Source: a virus
IMG/VR virus record: IMGVR_UViG_3300046328_000506
Span: 32,001-96,000 of that record
Length of the DNA stretch: 64,000 bases
Direction: 5' to 3' (one strand)
A model generated the notes under the pieces. It was not told the DNA's origin, did no database searches, and saw nothing but the letters and a program-made list of their open reading frames with translations. A program made the translations under genes and the position numbers. Below are positions 30,036-40,726 of this stretch, piece by piece (position 1 is the first letter of the stretch; the number at the start of each line of letters is the position of its first letter).

Positions 30036-31484
30036 TTAGCCTATTACAGCCTCTTGCAAAATTGCTGCTTTGTATGGGTTACGTACAATAGCACCTGTAT
30101 ATGTCATCATTTCCAACTGGCTACCTGCAATTGGCGTAGAGATTTGACCTGATGTTTTACCATCTAATCCACCCATACCAATTAATTCACCTGTAAGAAT
30201 ATCAATACCATGATACTTCAATGCCATAATGTTTGGTTCGCCATCTTTCTCGTCAATACCAGTATCAATACAGAAACCGAAACCAGTATCAGGATAATGC
30301 TCTGACAAAACTCTATCTGGCGCAAATGTAATCAAGTTACCACTAAATTCATACGTGTTGAATGTAGTTCCTACTTGCATGCCATCGGGAGATTCAGTTT
30401 CAACGGATTTAACGTTTACTTTCTTTCCAGCAGCCTTAGAGTAATACCAAGCACCAGCGATTGCAGATGTCTTCAATTCACCAATCATAGTTTCGTTGAA
30501 GTGTTCCCATAATGTTTTGTTACAAACAAATGTGAAGTGATTACCTGTAATCTTAGGTGTTTTGTTCGTGATTGATTTGAACATATTATTCAATTGTCTA
30601 ACCGACAAAGAACCTTGTGCATAATCAAATGTATCTGCAAACTTATTGATTTGTGTATAAACACCATCACCTGCGATGATAGGGTTGTTGTTACCGTAAT
30701 CAAATAGTGTTGATTGCAATTGGTCATTTACTGTGCTCTCACCAAAAATCATTACGTTGTTTACAGCATACAACAATTGTTGCATCATGTCTTCACGAAT
30801 TGGCTCCATTTTTACAAGCACTTGCTCATTGTTAAGTGTTGTTGCGTAATACTTTTCTTTCAAAGCATACTCACTTGAGAATGATGCAGATGTTCTTAGT
30901 GTTGTAACATAGTTTACGTGCTCTTCTACGTTAAAGTAAAATCTTGAAGAACCACTTTCAGACAATTCTGGGAAGATAGAATACATATAACGAGTTCTTC
31001 TACCAGTAGTCATAAACAAAGTGTCAATAAACCTTGCAGAATCACCACCTACTAAAGATACTGTGTACTCATACTCATTGTCGTTGATACGTACAGGTGC
31101 TTTGTTTACATACAACAACTGACCATTCTCCAACTTGAAAACGTCATTTTTATTGTAGTATTTCTTTTTAAGATAAACTGTTACCAATTTACCATTATCA
31201 CCTGTTGCTGTACAAGTCCTTGTAAAAGGGATTTCTACAATCTGGTTGTTTTTGATTCTCCAGCGTACTTGCTTAGATGATACAGACAATGTGCTTGAAG
31301 AGTCTTTCGATACTCCAAAGATGTTGCCTAATGCTTGTGTGATGTAAGGAAGGGTGTATTGTGGATATAGCTGCGTAACTTTTTCAAGCCTGTGAATATC
31401 TTGCCCCCACCATTTGTTCCACTCCAGGACTGTTCGCCTGTCAGAACCTAAGTTGTTTACCTCCGATGTACTAAGTAATCTCAT
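30036..31484 (-). CDS. Major capsid protein
   Basis: 482 aa; FPELSE.G, EEHVNYVT..R, IIAGDGVY.QI, G.GGLDG..SG.ISTP.AGS, IVRNPYKA, all typical of crAss MCP; codon bias. Confidence 0.9.
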   Translation of the reverse strand: MRLLSTSEVNNLGSDRRTVLEWNKWWGQDIHRLEKVTQLYPQYTLPYITQALGNIFGVSKDSSSTLSVSSKQVRWRIKNNQIVEIPFTRTCTATGDNGKLVTVYLKKKYYNKNDVFKLENGQLLYVNKAPVRINDNEYEYTVSLVGGDSARFIDTLFMTTGRRTRYMYSIFPELSESGSSRFYFNVEEHVNYVTTLRTSASFSSEYALKEKYYATTLNNEQVLVKMEPIREDMMQQLLYAVNNVMIFGESTVNDQLQSTLFDYGNNNPIIAGDGVYTQINKFADTFDYAQGSLSVRQLNNMFKSITNKTPKITGNHFTFVCNKTLWEHFNETMIGELKTSAIAGAWYYSKAAGKKVNVKSVETESPDGMQVGTTFNTYEFSGNLITFAPDRVLSEHYPDTGFGFCIDTGIDEKDGEPNIMALKYHGIDILTGELIGMGGLDGKTSGQISTPIAGSQLEMMTYTGAIVRNPYKAAILQEAVIG

Positions 31485-31513
31485 TATTTGTTAGAATTGT
31501 GTTTAAATTAACG

Positions 31514-32560
31514 TTATCCCCATATACTTGATATATGGTCTGTTTTTTGTTTATTGGTACTATTATTATTTTTAACTACTGTTTCGTGTTTTTTTGTTGT
31601 TGGGAAACCTTGAAGTATTTCTTGTTTGGCTTGTGATTTTTGTTTCCCCATTTCATTTTTTAGTTCTTTGATTTGGTTTTCATAATAATTCACAACTTCA
31701 GGTAACATTCTCCTTGACCACTCTGCTTCATAAGCTACTTGCGGATTTCTCCAATACTCCTCTATTAAAATTGGCAAACCCTCACTTGATTCTGGATGTG
31801 GCTCAACCATTAATCCTAATATCTCATTCTTTGCGTCATCATCTACTTCAAATCCTGCAATACTTTGTATATCAGATACAGCATTTACAATTTGTATTCT
31901 TGCTTGCTCAATTTCTTGATTTATCTGTTGTTGCTGTATTGCGTTTTGCTCTGATAGATATTGAGTTTGTTCTTTTTGTAATTTACCTCTTAGATTATTT
32001 AGAATTTTATCTTTATTGCCTGAGCTATTAATTCTATCTAATTCTAATTCGTACTCTTTGTCAATCTCTTCCTCTGATACATCTTCACCAAGTTTGTTAA
32101 TTACATCTTGGTAAATAATTTGTTCATTAGATAATTGATTAATATCAATATTTTTGACATCATCATACTGTTTTAAGTTATAATTACCTACAACTTCACT
32201 AACTCGTTCATCTACAATTTGTGCAACTAAATCTGATAGTGATAGATTATTCTCTCGTGCAAAGTTTATTAGTTCTAATTCTGTACTATCTAATAAATTT
32301 TCAACAGAATTATCTCTTCCTGCTTGAATTAAAACGTCTAATTGTTCTTCTGGTGATAATGTATCAATGTGAACTTCTGTATCACCATAAGCAATTAAAC
32401 CACTATCAAAGCCCAACCCTCTAAAGTATTCTTCTATTGGGGAAATTTCACTTAACTGTACTTCTTGCTGATTCTCTTGTACTACATTACCTTCAACTGC
32501 ATTATTAGCAGTTATTGTTTCAAACAAACTCCCTATATCATTTATTCTTTCTTCTTCCAT
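31514..32560 (-). CDS. Acidic scaffold-like protein (crAss gene upstream of MCP)
   Basis: Highly acidic, coiled-coil, immediately upstream of MCP. Confidence 0.65.
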   Translation of the reverse strand: MEEERINDIGSLFETITANNAVEGNVVQENQQEVQLSEISPIEEYFRGLGFDSGLIAYGDTEVHIDTLSPEEQLDVLIQAGRDNSVENLLDSTELELINFARENNLSLSDLVAQIVDERVSEVVGNYNLKQYDDVKNIDINQLSNEQIIYQDVINKLGEDVSEEEIDKEYELELDRINSSGNKDKILNNLRGKLQKEQTQYLSEQNAIQQQQINQEIEQARIQIVNAVSDIQSIAGFEVDDDAKNEILGLMVEPHPESSEGLPILIEEYWRNPQVAYEAEWSRRMLPEVVNYYENQIKELKNEMGKQKSQAKQEILQGFPTTKKHETVVKNNNSTNKQKTDHISSIWG

Positions 32561-32624
32561 TATCTCTATTGTTTTAACTTTTTCATTATTGTTTACTAAT
32601 ATAAACTATTATTTTTAGATGCAA

Positions 32625-34319
32625 TTATGAGCAACAATTATCGTATCCATATTTATAGTATTTTGTTGCTGTAACTGTGTTTGGTCTTAGCAATAGTGTT
32701 ACTAAATAATTTCCAGGTACGATTGTTAATTGATTCCCTATTGCGTATTGTAACTTCAATTCGTTAATTGTATTAGATACATAAATATAATCACCAACTA
32801 CATTTTTCAAATCTCCAATTGTAGGAATATAAGATGGAATTGAAGTACATATTTGCATTTTATAACCACTTATAGGTTGCCCTGTTTCAGTTTGTATTTG
32901 TGCTAAATCTATATTCCAATCTCCACTGCTTCTAATAAATGTCCAAACAAAATCAGTCCCTACTTGTAATTGTAGTTGGTCTACTTGCATTACCAAAGCA
33001 CTGCTTTCTTGTGCACAATTTTCATTTGCTATTATTTTTACACATTGTATTTGATTTTTAAATAAATACAAATTAGTGTTTACCCACGTATCTCGCTTAC
33101 TATCAGCTTCTTCTTGTGATAATGATGAAGTAAATGCTGGGATTATAATGTTATTGTATGAGCCACCACCACCTTCGGGAATTGTTACTGTTAATTGTTG
33201 TGGGTTAGGCGTATAACCCATATCACAAGTTTTTTCTACAACGACAGGTTTTGTCTTAGAATAATATGTTGTTGGTGTTATACAACAAGGTGAAGCTAAA
33301 TCATATCTCCTATCTAATTCTATTTGTGCTTGTGTTTGAGCATCTTCTTGGGATATAGTAGATGTAAATGTACCTGCTGTAATACTAACTGTTACATCAC
33401 AAGCATACCCAATATTACATTCTTTTTTCCCAACTTTATTAATTAAGGTGTTTTCATATATAGTAGTATCTTGACACAACGGTTGTGCTGCTGCTATTTT
33501 TTGTTTTAATAATTCGTTAGCTAAATAGTTTGCATGAGCCCCAGATATATCTGATAAAACTTCCCCTTTACTTACAGTAATTGTTTGTGGCAATGCAATT
33601 TGTGGTACTGTAAGTGTATTGTTAATTGGTAGTTCTTGTGTTTGTACTTTACTTACAACTTCATAACATTTCCCATCAATTAATGTTGTACCTTGAACAC
33701 AAGTTGGTGTAGTATTTTGATTTGGGGCAATCCAAGTAGTTCCTCCAAATATTACAGAACTTAATTGACTAACTGTCATTCCAATTCCCAAACCACTTGT
33801 TGTATTTGATTTTTTAGTCTCTCCTGCTACAAATGTATTATTTGGGTAAGCTACTGAAAATATATCTTCTTGAAAATAAATAATAGAACCTTGTACCGAA
33901 TCTACCACTTGACTGTATGATACTCCTCCTAAAAAAAATTGAATTGGTTGCCCAGCACTTCCGTAAGCATTTAATAATGTAGGAAATACTGATGTAGCCT
34001 CTATTTGTTGATTATCGCAACTTTCAAAATTAATAAAAGAAAAAAATATGTTTAATGGTGCACTAATATTATTATTTCTCCTCCCGTAAGTACATCCAGC
34101 TACACCAACACAAGGAACTGTAACTGGTGGTATTTCTTTAATGCAATCACTTCCATTATCACTATACCCGTCAGGACAAATTGTGTATACACACATCCCT
34201 CCCACTAAATCTCCTACTTCACAAGATTGTGTCGTAACAAATTTATCTGGGCAAGATAATGTTATTTCTTTTGAAATTTCATCGTTCTCAAATGTTATAT
34301 CACAATTTGAATTTATCAT
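32625..34319 (-). CDS. Cys-rich structural protein with DUF5977-like repeats
   Basis: AGTFTSTISQEDAQTQA / AFTSSLSQEEADS / LSDISGAHAN repeats; CPDGYS..GSDC motifs. Confidence 0.65.
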   Translation of the reverse strand: MINSNCDITFENDEISKEITLSCPDKFVTTQSCEVGDLVGGMCVYTICPDGYSDNGSDCIKEIPPVTVPCVGVAGCTYGRRNNNISAPLNIFFSFINFESCDNQQIEATSVFPTLLNAYGSAGQPIQFFLGGVSYSQVVDSVQGSIIYFQEDIFSVAYPNNTFVAGETKKSNTTSGLGIGMTVSQLSSVIFGGTTWIAPNQNTTPTCVQGTTLIDGKCYEVVSKVQTQELPINNTLTVPQIALPQTITVSKGEVLSDISGAHANYLANELLKQKIAAAQPLCQDTTIYENTLINKVGKKECNIGYACDVTVSITAGTFTSTISQEDAQTQAQIELDRRYDLASPCCITPTTYYSKTKPVVVEKTCDMGYTPNPQQLTVTIPEGGGGSYNNIIIPAFTSSLSQEEADSKRDTWVNTNLYLFKNQIQCVKIIANENCAQESSALVMQVDQLQLQVGTDFVWTFIRSSGDWNIDLAQIQTETGQPISGYKMQICTSIPSYIPTIGDLKNVVGDYIYVSNTINELKLQYAIGNQLTIVPGNYLVTLLLRPNTVTATKYYKYGYDNCCS

Positions 34320-35512
34320 TGTATAGTAATTGTGTTTGTTAATGCGTTATATGTTGTTGTTACTAATGAACAAACGTCTGCTGCTGCATAAATTATTTCA
34401 ACATACTTGTCTTCTGTAATTGCTGTTAATTGATATGTACCTGTTTGTGGGAATATGCTTGCAACATAACCAGATATACTTAGTTGATTAAATGGAATAG
34501 CCACATTATTTACTCTGAATGACTGTATCGCATTAACTCCCGTTGATGTAAAGTCTACTGTAAAGTTACTACCATAAGATACTGTATTTGTACCTGAATC
34601 AGGTGATGTTCCGTTTGTTACACTCACTATTACTGTGAATGGTGCTGTTTGAACTGGTAATGTACTATTTATACTTCCAGCACAATTTGTAGCAGTTACT
34701 CTTACGGAATAATCTGAACTTGGGAGTAGTCCTGTAAATGTTCTTGTTAGTAATGTTTGTGTGTAGCTTTGTACTACTACAGCATTTGAGATTAACTCTA
34801 CTAAATATTGAACATCTGTTCCAACACTTACCCAAGTTACTGTTAAACCTGTTTGTGTTACAGCAGAAGGAGTTAGTGTTAACGGTGTTGGGGCAGGTAC
34901 AGCACAGCCTATCAACCTAAATTTAGCTACAACTTTGTGATTACATTCTACATCAGTAAATGCAACTGTGTTTGTTGTAGGAATTATATACTCATCATCT
35001 TTTTGTAATGACATATAATCATACAATAGTACATCTGGATTAACGATGTTTAATGTATAATTACTATCTTTTTCTATTAAGATATTAGATATTGTAGAAG
35101 TTATTAAATCCTCATCCCAAATCTGTATCTCATATTGTAGTAAATACTTATTATCTAAATCTTTTACGAACTCTGTATTAATGTCAAAGTTTTTAAGTAG
35201 TTCTTTATGCGGTAAATTATGGCAAGCAAAACATTTTATTGCACAATCTAAACCATACTTAGTATAAATGTCTTTTATTTGCTCGTAAGTATAACAACAA
35301 TCATTATTAATTATAAAATCTACTTTCTTTTTTATTTGTGTAAGTAGTTCTATTAAATAATAATAATCCATTAAATGATTGTACTTGCAAGATTGGTTTA
35401 CCCCAAAGTATTCTTTATACAACAAGGAACTAACCTGTTTGTAAACAATTGAGTGGATGTAATCGTAAGATTTATTCCTTGATAATTGTATAGTAGAATA
35501 TTGGGTTGTCAT
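34316..35512 (-). CDS. Fibronectin type III / Ig-like domain protein
   Basis: LTVTW...YLVEL...FTGLLPSSDYSVRVTATNCAG FN3 signature. Confidence 0.75.
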   Translation of the reverse strand: MTTQYSTIQLSRNKSYDYIHSIVYKQVSSLLYKEYFGVNQSCKYNHLMDYYYLIELLTQIKKKVDFIINNDCCYTYEQIKDIYTKYGLDCAIKCFACHNLPHKELLKNFDINTEFVKDLDNKYLLQYEIQIWDEDLITSTISNILIEKDSNYTLNIVNPDVLLYDYMSLQKDDEYIIPTTNTVAFTDVECNHKVVAKFRLIGCAVPAPTPLTLTPSAVTQTGLTVTWVSVGTDVQYLVELISNAVVVQSYTQTLLTRTFTGLLPSSDYSVRVTATNCAGSINSTLPVQTAPFTVIVSVTNGTSPDSGTNTVSYGSNFTVDFTSTGVNAIQSFRVNNVAIPFNQLSISGYVASIFPQTGTYQLTAITEDKYVEIIYAAADVCSLVTTTYNALTNTITIQ

Positions 35513-35861
35513 TACTACTTATTGTAGAAGTTGTTTGTTCTGTTGTAAAATCTATTATTTGATACGACATAGTTACAAAATCTATAAAAGAATCTTGTAA
35601 TGGCTGTGTGGTAAAATCTACACAAATAAAATTACTTGTTGTAAAATCAATGTATGTATCTGTAATTGGTCTTGTTGTAAAGTCTACATAGGAATAATTA
35701 CTTGATGTAAAATCTACAAAACTATATCCTACTGTTGTAAAATCTATATAGTTGTCTACAACAGACCTTGATGTAAAATCTGTAATAGCTACTGTGGTTG
35801 TTGTGAAATCTAAAAAACCAGTAGCAAAGTTTGTTGTAAAATCTATATATGAATTTGGCAT
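35472..35861 (-). CDS. Tandem DFTT-repeat protein
   Basis: Ten [YFIC][IVLT]DF[TV][TS] repeats at 10-12-aa spacing. Confidence 0.7.
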   Translation of the reverse strand: MPNSYIDFTTNFATGFLDFTTTTVAITDFTSRSVVDNYIDFTTVGYSFVDFTSSNYSYVDFTTRPITDTYIDFTTSNFICVDFTTQPLQDSFIDFVTMSYQIIDFTTEQTTSTISSNDNPIFYYTIIKE

Positions 35862-35893
35862 TTATTTATTGTGTTTATTTTATAAACAGGTTA

Positions 35894-36673
35894 TTAATAA
35901 TCACCATTGTTTACTGTAGCGTAAGGCATATTTGTTGTAATGTTTATATCAGGTAATGTTTCTGTAACAATCAATCTAAATCTTGAAAATACAGAAAGAT
36001 TAGAACCAGTTGCGCCATAAGGATTTAATTTATACCAAATATAGCTTGGAAGGTCTCCACTTGTAGGAAAATAATTACCAGACGGAAGTGTTGCTTGTGT
36101 AAACACATTTAATCTTTCAATTGTAGTATTAATTACAGTAGTGCCTGGAGATGTGCCAGGAAGATTACTTGTAGATACTTGTCCTAATTGCACGTATGCC
36201 GTATCTGTGTTAGATGATACTAATGCTCCATTTGGGTTTCTTAGGTAAGAAACTCTTGGAATAGTACGAGTTACACTATCTACAACTATTACAGGAACTC
36301 TTACTAATATGTCTTGCTCAATCAACACACCATCAGCTAATGTTTTTCTTAAATAAGAAATGCCAGCAGTAGTTGCATAAGCTCCACCAGCTTCTAATAC
36401 AAGATTTAAGTTATCTGTAATACTAAGAACTTTACCCAAATAAACTGGCGGTGAAGCATTGCTATATAAATAACTACCTACAGCTAATTCTACTGTAAAT
36501 AAAGTACCTACACCCACTACGGCTGTATTACCAGAGTTTGTTGTAATTGTTCCTGTTGTAACAGATACTGCTCCAAGAGCTTCTGTGGGAGTGCCTACAC
36601 CAGAATTACTTGTAGCTATTGCTAAATTATTAGCATTTGATTTATAATAAGTTGTATTTGAAAATACTGCCAT
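35894..36673 (-). CDS. Structural (fibre-like) protein
   Basis: GTITTNSGNTAVVGVGTLFTVEL module; Thr/Gly-rich. Confidence 0.6.
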   Translation of the reverse strand: MAVFSNTTYYKSNANNLAIATSNSGVGTPTEALGAVSVTTGTITTNSGNTAVVGVGTLFTVELAVGSYLYSNASPPVYLGKVLSITDNLNLVLEAGGAYATTAGISYLRKTLADGVLIEQDILVRVPVIVVDSVTRTIPRVSYLRNPNGALVSSNTDTAYVQLGQVSTSNLPGTSPGTTVINTTIERLNVFTQATLPSGNYFPTSGDLPSYIWYKLNPYGATGSNLSVFSRFRLIVTETLPDINITTNMPYATVNNGDY

Positions 36674-36700
36674 TTTATTTTTTGTTTGTTAGTTTAATCG

Positions 36701-37909
36701 TTATTTGCACCCACAACCACAATCAGAATTTGTTTTTCCTGCTGATACGCAATTATCACAAATCTCTAATATTTTATTGTAGATGTCATCTATTTGGTAT
36801 AGTTCTTTCAGTCTATTTGAATAGTCAAGAAGTTTGTTATCTGGAAATAAATCATAAGACTTACCTTCCATTTCTTCATCAATCCATTTGTAATAAAGCT
36901 GAGATAGTAACATTATCTTGTTTAGCTTCTCTCTATTCTTCTCCCCTTCTTTTCCTGGACATTCTTTACAACTTTCACTACATAATATGCTTTGAATTAA
37001 AGAGTTCATACAATCATCTATCTTACAGAATAAATACCACAATCTTGTTTTTTCAAAGTTATCAATATCTGTATATCTTATCTCAAATACACCATCTTTA
37101 CTATGCGTAACTGTTTGTGATGAATTTGCAGGTAAGATACCTTCTATTGTTGTAAATGTATTTACTTGTGGGTATAGTTGAGTTATTGTGTAAGGTATTG
37201 TTTCTGTTGTAGAGTAATTATACAATGTATACTTACCACATTCACAGCAATCTGCTTTTATTTCTAATGGTGCACATACATTAATTGTGATGTATTTAGA
37301 TACTGTAGTGCAACAGTTTTGTACTGTTACTAATAATAAATACGAACCATTTTTATCAAATGTAGCTGTCCAAGTTTCTGTCGTTAGTGGTGTAGGTATT
37401 GTTGTACCTAATAATAAACTTCCAGAAGGTTTTTCGATAATGTCAATTACCAATTCAGAAGTTAAAGCTCCACAAACATTTGAATTTAAAGCTGTTATAA
37501 AACTTAGTTCATACTCGTTGCCTTGAATTAAACAGTCTTCAAATCCTTGAACATTTAATTCTGGAGTCCACTCTAATATTGTTATTGTTTCAGTTCTATC
37601 TGATTGATATATAATAGGACTTACTCCACCACAATTAGGTATTTCTCTAATGGTTAGTAATTGCCTTACTGTGTAAGTTGCTGCACTACAAAAATCATAA
37701 TAAAAAGAAGAACCTTTTGCTGTTTCCCCAATCTTTTTTTCTGTAGTATCAGGATAGACAATAAAATATTCAACTCTACCCCTATCATATTCTGGAGGAG
37801 TAATTGTTGTTGTATCTACAATTAAAGTATTATAACTACACGTTTGCTGTGTAATTGTAAAATCTTGGTTAATTGTTTCCCCAGTTATATTGTCTATTAT
37901 TATTGCCAT
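36701..37909 (-). CDS. Cys-rich structural protein with PKD/Ig-like segments (tail hub-like)
   Basis: FDKNGSY.LLVTVQN; C-terminal CDNC...CGCGCK. Confidence 0.55.
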   Translation of the reverse strand: MAIIIDNITGETINQDFTITQQTCSYNTLIVDTTTITPPEYDRGRVEYFIVYPDTTEKKIGETAKGSSFYYDFCSAATYTVRQLLTIREIPNCGGVSPIIYQSDRTETITILEWTPELNVQGFEDCLIQGNEYELSFITALNSNVCGALTSELVIDIIEKPSGSLLLGTTIPTPLTTETWTATFDKNGSYLLLVTVQNCCTTVSKYITINVCAPLEIKADCCECGKYTLYNYSTTETIPYTITQLYPQVNTFTTIEGILPANSSQTVTHSKDGVFEIRYTDIDNFEKTRLWYLFCKIDDCMNSLIQSILCSESCKECPGKEGEKNREKLNKIMLLSQLYYKWIDEEMEGKSYDLFPDNKLLDYSNRLKELYQIDDIYNKILEICDNCVSAGKTNSDCGCGCK

Positions 37910-38358
37910 TAGTTTGTTGTTGTACGTAATAATCCTTTATCAATCATTACAACATAATCATATATTGTAAAATCAAGAAAGAATTTATTATCTTTTTGTG
38001 CTTTATAAAAGTTTATATATGTTGAGATTTTAAATTCATCATTACCAAATAAAATTGAATACTTTGGTAAGGTAAACATATTTTCTTCAATATATACAAT
38101 ATTTTTTCTATCGTATTTTATTGGAATAAGTAAAGATAGTTGTTTTTCTCCTGCTTGTTGAAAACTTAATCGTGATTTATCATCACATTCTAACTTTATT
38201 ATCTTCTTTACTTTTTGTATGTAAACATTTCTTTCTTTTTCTGCTCGTCTTCTATCTTGAAAACGACCTGGTATAATAAAAGTCTTCTCATACTCAGTAC
38301 CTTTAAACACCACTTCTTCTTTCCTGAAGTTCTTCTTTCTCTTATATTCGTTATTCAT
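37909..38358 (-). CDS. Hypothetical protein
   Basis: 149-aa ORF downstream of portal. Confidence 0.6.
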   Translation of the reverse strand: MNNEYKRKKNFRKEEVVFKGTEYEKTFIIPGRFQDRRRAEKERNVYIQKVKKIIKLECDDKSRLSFQQAGEKQLSLLIPIKYDRKNIVYIEENMFTLPKYSILFGNDEFKISTYINFYKAQKDNKFFLDFTIYDYVVMIDKGLLRTTTN

Positions 38359-38382
38359 CTTTATTGTTTACTAAGATACCAT

Positions 38383-40725
38383 TTAAGTTAGTTTATTTGC
38401 TACTTTATCATCTTTTGTATTAACCGTATCTAACACTTGTAATTGCTCAAGTTTAGTTCTTTGTTCAATTAATTCATTTTTCTTATCTTCAAATTTTTTC
38501 TTTTGTTCTAATTCTTGTAATTTCAGTTGATAGTCTTTCTCTTTGTACTCTTTATCTTGCTTTAATTTATCTTGGTCAAAGGTAGAAGCTATCTTTTGTA
38601 CTTTTTGTAATTCAGTTTCCATTTGCTTCAACTGTTCTTGCAACTGTTGATTTTGTTGTGATAACTGACTTACCTGTTCGTTCTCTTTACTATTTAATTT
38701 TTCTTCTAACTTTTTCTTAGCTTCAGATAAAGATGTTGTTAAAGATATATCTAATGCTGTATAAATATCTATTAGTTGTGCCTGTAATGCTTGTGAAGTC
38801 ATTTGTTTAATTATTTCTAATTGCTTATGTTCTTCTGTTGCATCACTTATAAATATATTGTAATCAGCTATTGAGAATTTATCACCATCAATACTAAATA
38901 TCTTTTGACCATACTCCCCTAATATATATGAAGCATGTTTACCTTTACTATACGCTATCCTTGAAGTATTTACTAATTGTGTAAATAAATGCTTACACAT
39001 TAATCCAATTTGAAAGTACAAAGGTTTATTTACAATTGCCCCTTGTTTAATAGCTTGCAATGTATTGCCAACTAAATCTTGTTGCTCTACTTCCCCCTCA
39101 GCTTGTCTTGGTACACCTGTAATTTTCCTACTTCTTTCTTCTAATTCATTTATAGCATAATCTAATGCTTGTAATAAATCTCCTTTTAAGTTACTTTCAT
39201 ATCCCCCAAATGTCTGACCCCCAGATAGTTCTGCTCCTTCTTGTGCTGTATTAATCCAAGCAATGCCACCATCTTTCTTCATACCAATCCACTTCTCTAT
39301 TCTTTTATAGAAATCTCCATCTATCTCATTTGGTATTTGTGCTATGTTCAAATACATACCACCTGGCTCTATTTTAGGGTATATACTATTTTTTACATAA
39401 TTAAGCAAATCATAATCATCTTGCATATCTTTTGTAGATAAGATTAATGATAATGGTTTACCATCTAATTCTTCATTGCAAAAACCATCGTAAGATAAAG
39501 TACATTTATAAGGTTCTTGATTTGTTCTTGATACATACTTAGATTTTCCCATAATAGGAAATATATTATTACCAATTCGTACACACTCATATCTATCATT
39601 TCTATATCTTTTTATTTCTTCATATTCTTCTCTATCTGTACCCGTTTCAACTCTTTGTAAATCTTGTATCATCTCACCATCTGAAATTACTACAGGATTA
39701 GAGCTAATCCATTCTACGTGATATACGTTTATCTCTTGCCTAAGTACGTTATTCGGAACCATATTCCCGTTTTGGGTATTTAATGGATACCCTCTTAGGT
39801 TTTGATTGTATGTAGGATTGTAGTAATTACCTAATTGTGAGTAGTTTGTCCAGCTATATAGTTCTTCTATATCTCCATCTTGTAATAAATGACCGTATTC
39901 TTGTAAAACTTGTTGTTTAGTCATACGTTCTACATAAACACATCTATCAGCATTTCTTACCCATTTTTGTCCAGATGCTTTGTTATAATAGAAAAATCTT
40001 GGGTCTATTCTTTTTACAATAGGGTCTACACCAACTTCTGTAATGTAAGTTCTCCAATAGCTACAACCACCTACAAAATAATCTTCAACAAGCCACCTAA
40101 TAATATCTTTTAAATCTTTTGCTTGTTTATAATATTCAATAACATCATAAGCACACATCTCTAAATCTGTTTTATAGTGTGTTTTATAATAAGATTGGAG
40201 TTGCTTAATTTGTTTTTCTAATAGTTCTTGTGATTCTTTCCCACCAGATAACAATGAAGCATTATAATTATTAATAGATTCAAGTACCTTTTTAATAACT
40301 TCATTTTTCTTTGTTTGCTCTATATAATCTAATGCTTCTTTGTTATTACAGGTAGGTTGGTAAGGTATATCATTTTCTAAAAACTTACCAATGAGGTATT
40401 GTATTTGAGTTTTAATAAGCGGGTAAAATGGCACATCTTTTGGATTACCTACACCATAATTTTCAGTAAGCCAAGCAAACTCTCTTTTATCTCTTTTTAA
40501 ATTATACATATTGTAAGCCAATGTGAGTTCTTTTTTCTCATTAGTTACAAGTTGTGTGATAATTGTGTTTGCAGTAGATTTTAGATAGTCCTCTGAAAGT
40601 TTGTCTTCTTCTGACAAATCATATTCATTGAAAAATCTATTAGCATGACTACCCTGTGCTGTTACATTAGGGTAAGCATCATAGCTTAATTGTTTACCTG
40701 TCTTACTTACTTTTTTTAATTGCAT
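38383..40725 (-). CDS. Portal protein
   Basis: 780 aa; FYPLIK..I.YL.G, VYHVEW, RYECVRIG, ITGVPRQ..G..EQ.D.VGN, coiled-coil C-terminus; follows terminase. Confidence 0.88.
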   Translation of the reverse strand: MQLKKVSKTGKQLSYDAYPNVTAQGSHANRFFNEYDLSEEDKLSEDYLKSTANTIITQLVTNEKKELTLAYNMYNLKRDKREFAWLTENYGVGNPKDVPFYPLIKTQIQYLIGKFLENDIPYQPTCNNKEALDYIEQTKKNEVIKKVLESINNYNASLLSGGKESQELLEKQIKQLQSYYKTHYKTDLEMCAYDVIEYYKQAKDLKDIIRWLVEDYFVGGCSYWRTYITEVGVDPIVKRIDPRFFYYNKASGQKWVRNADRCVYVERMTKQQVLQEYGHLLQDGDIEELYSWTNYSQLGNYYNPTYNQNLRGYPLNTQNGNMVPNNVLRQEINVYHVEWISSNPVVISDGEMIQDLQRVETGTDREEYEEIKRYRNDRYECVRIGNNIFPIMGKSKYVSRTNQEPYKCTLSYDGFCNEELDGKPLSLILSTKDMQDDYDLLNYVKNSIYPKIEPGGMYLNIAQIPNEIDGDFYKRIEKWIGMKKDGGIAWINTAQEGAELSGGQTFGGYESNLKGDLLQALDYAINELEERSRKITGVPRQAEGEVEQQDLVGNTLQAIKQGAIVNKPLYFQIGLMCKHLFTQLVNTSRIAYSKGKHASYILGEYGQKIFSIDGDKFSIADYNIFISDATEEHKQLEIIKQMTSQALQAQLIDIYTALDISLTTSLSEAKKKLEEKLNSKENEQVSQLSQQNQQLQEQLKQMETELQKVQKIASTFDQDKLKQDKEYKEKDYQLKLQELEQKKKFEDKKNELIEQRTKLEQLQVLDTVNTKDDKVANKLT

Positions 40726-40726
40726 C

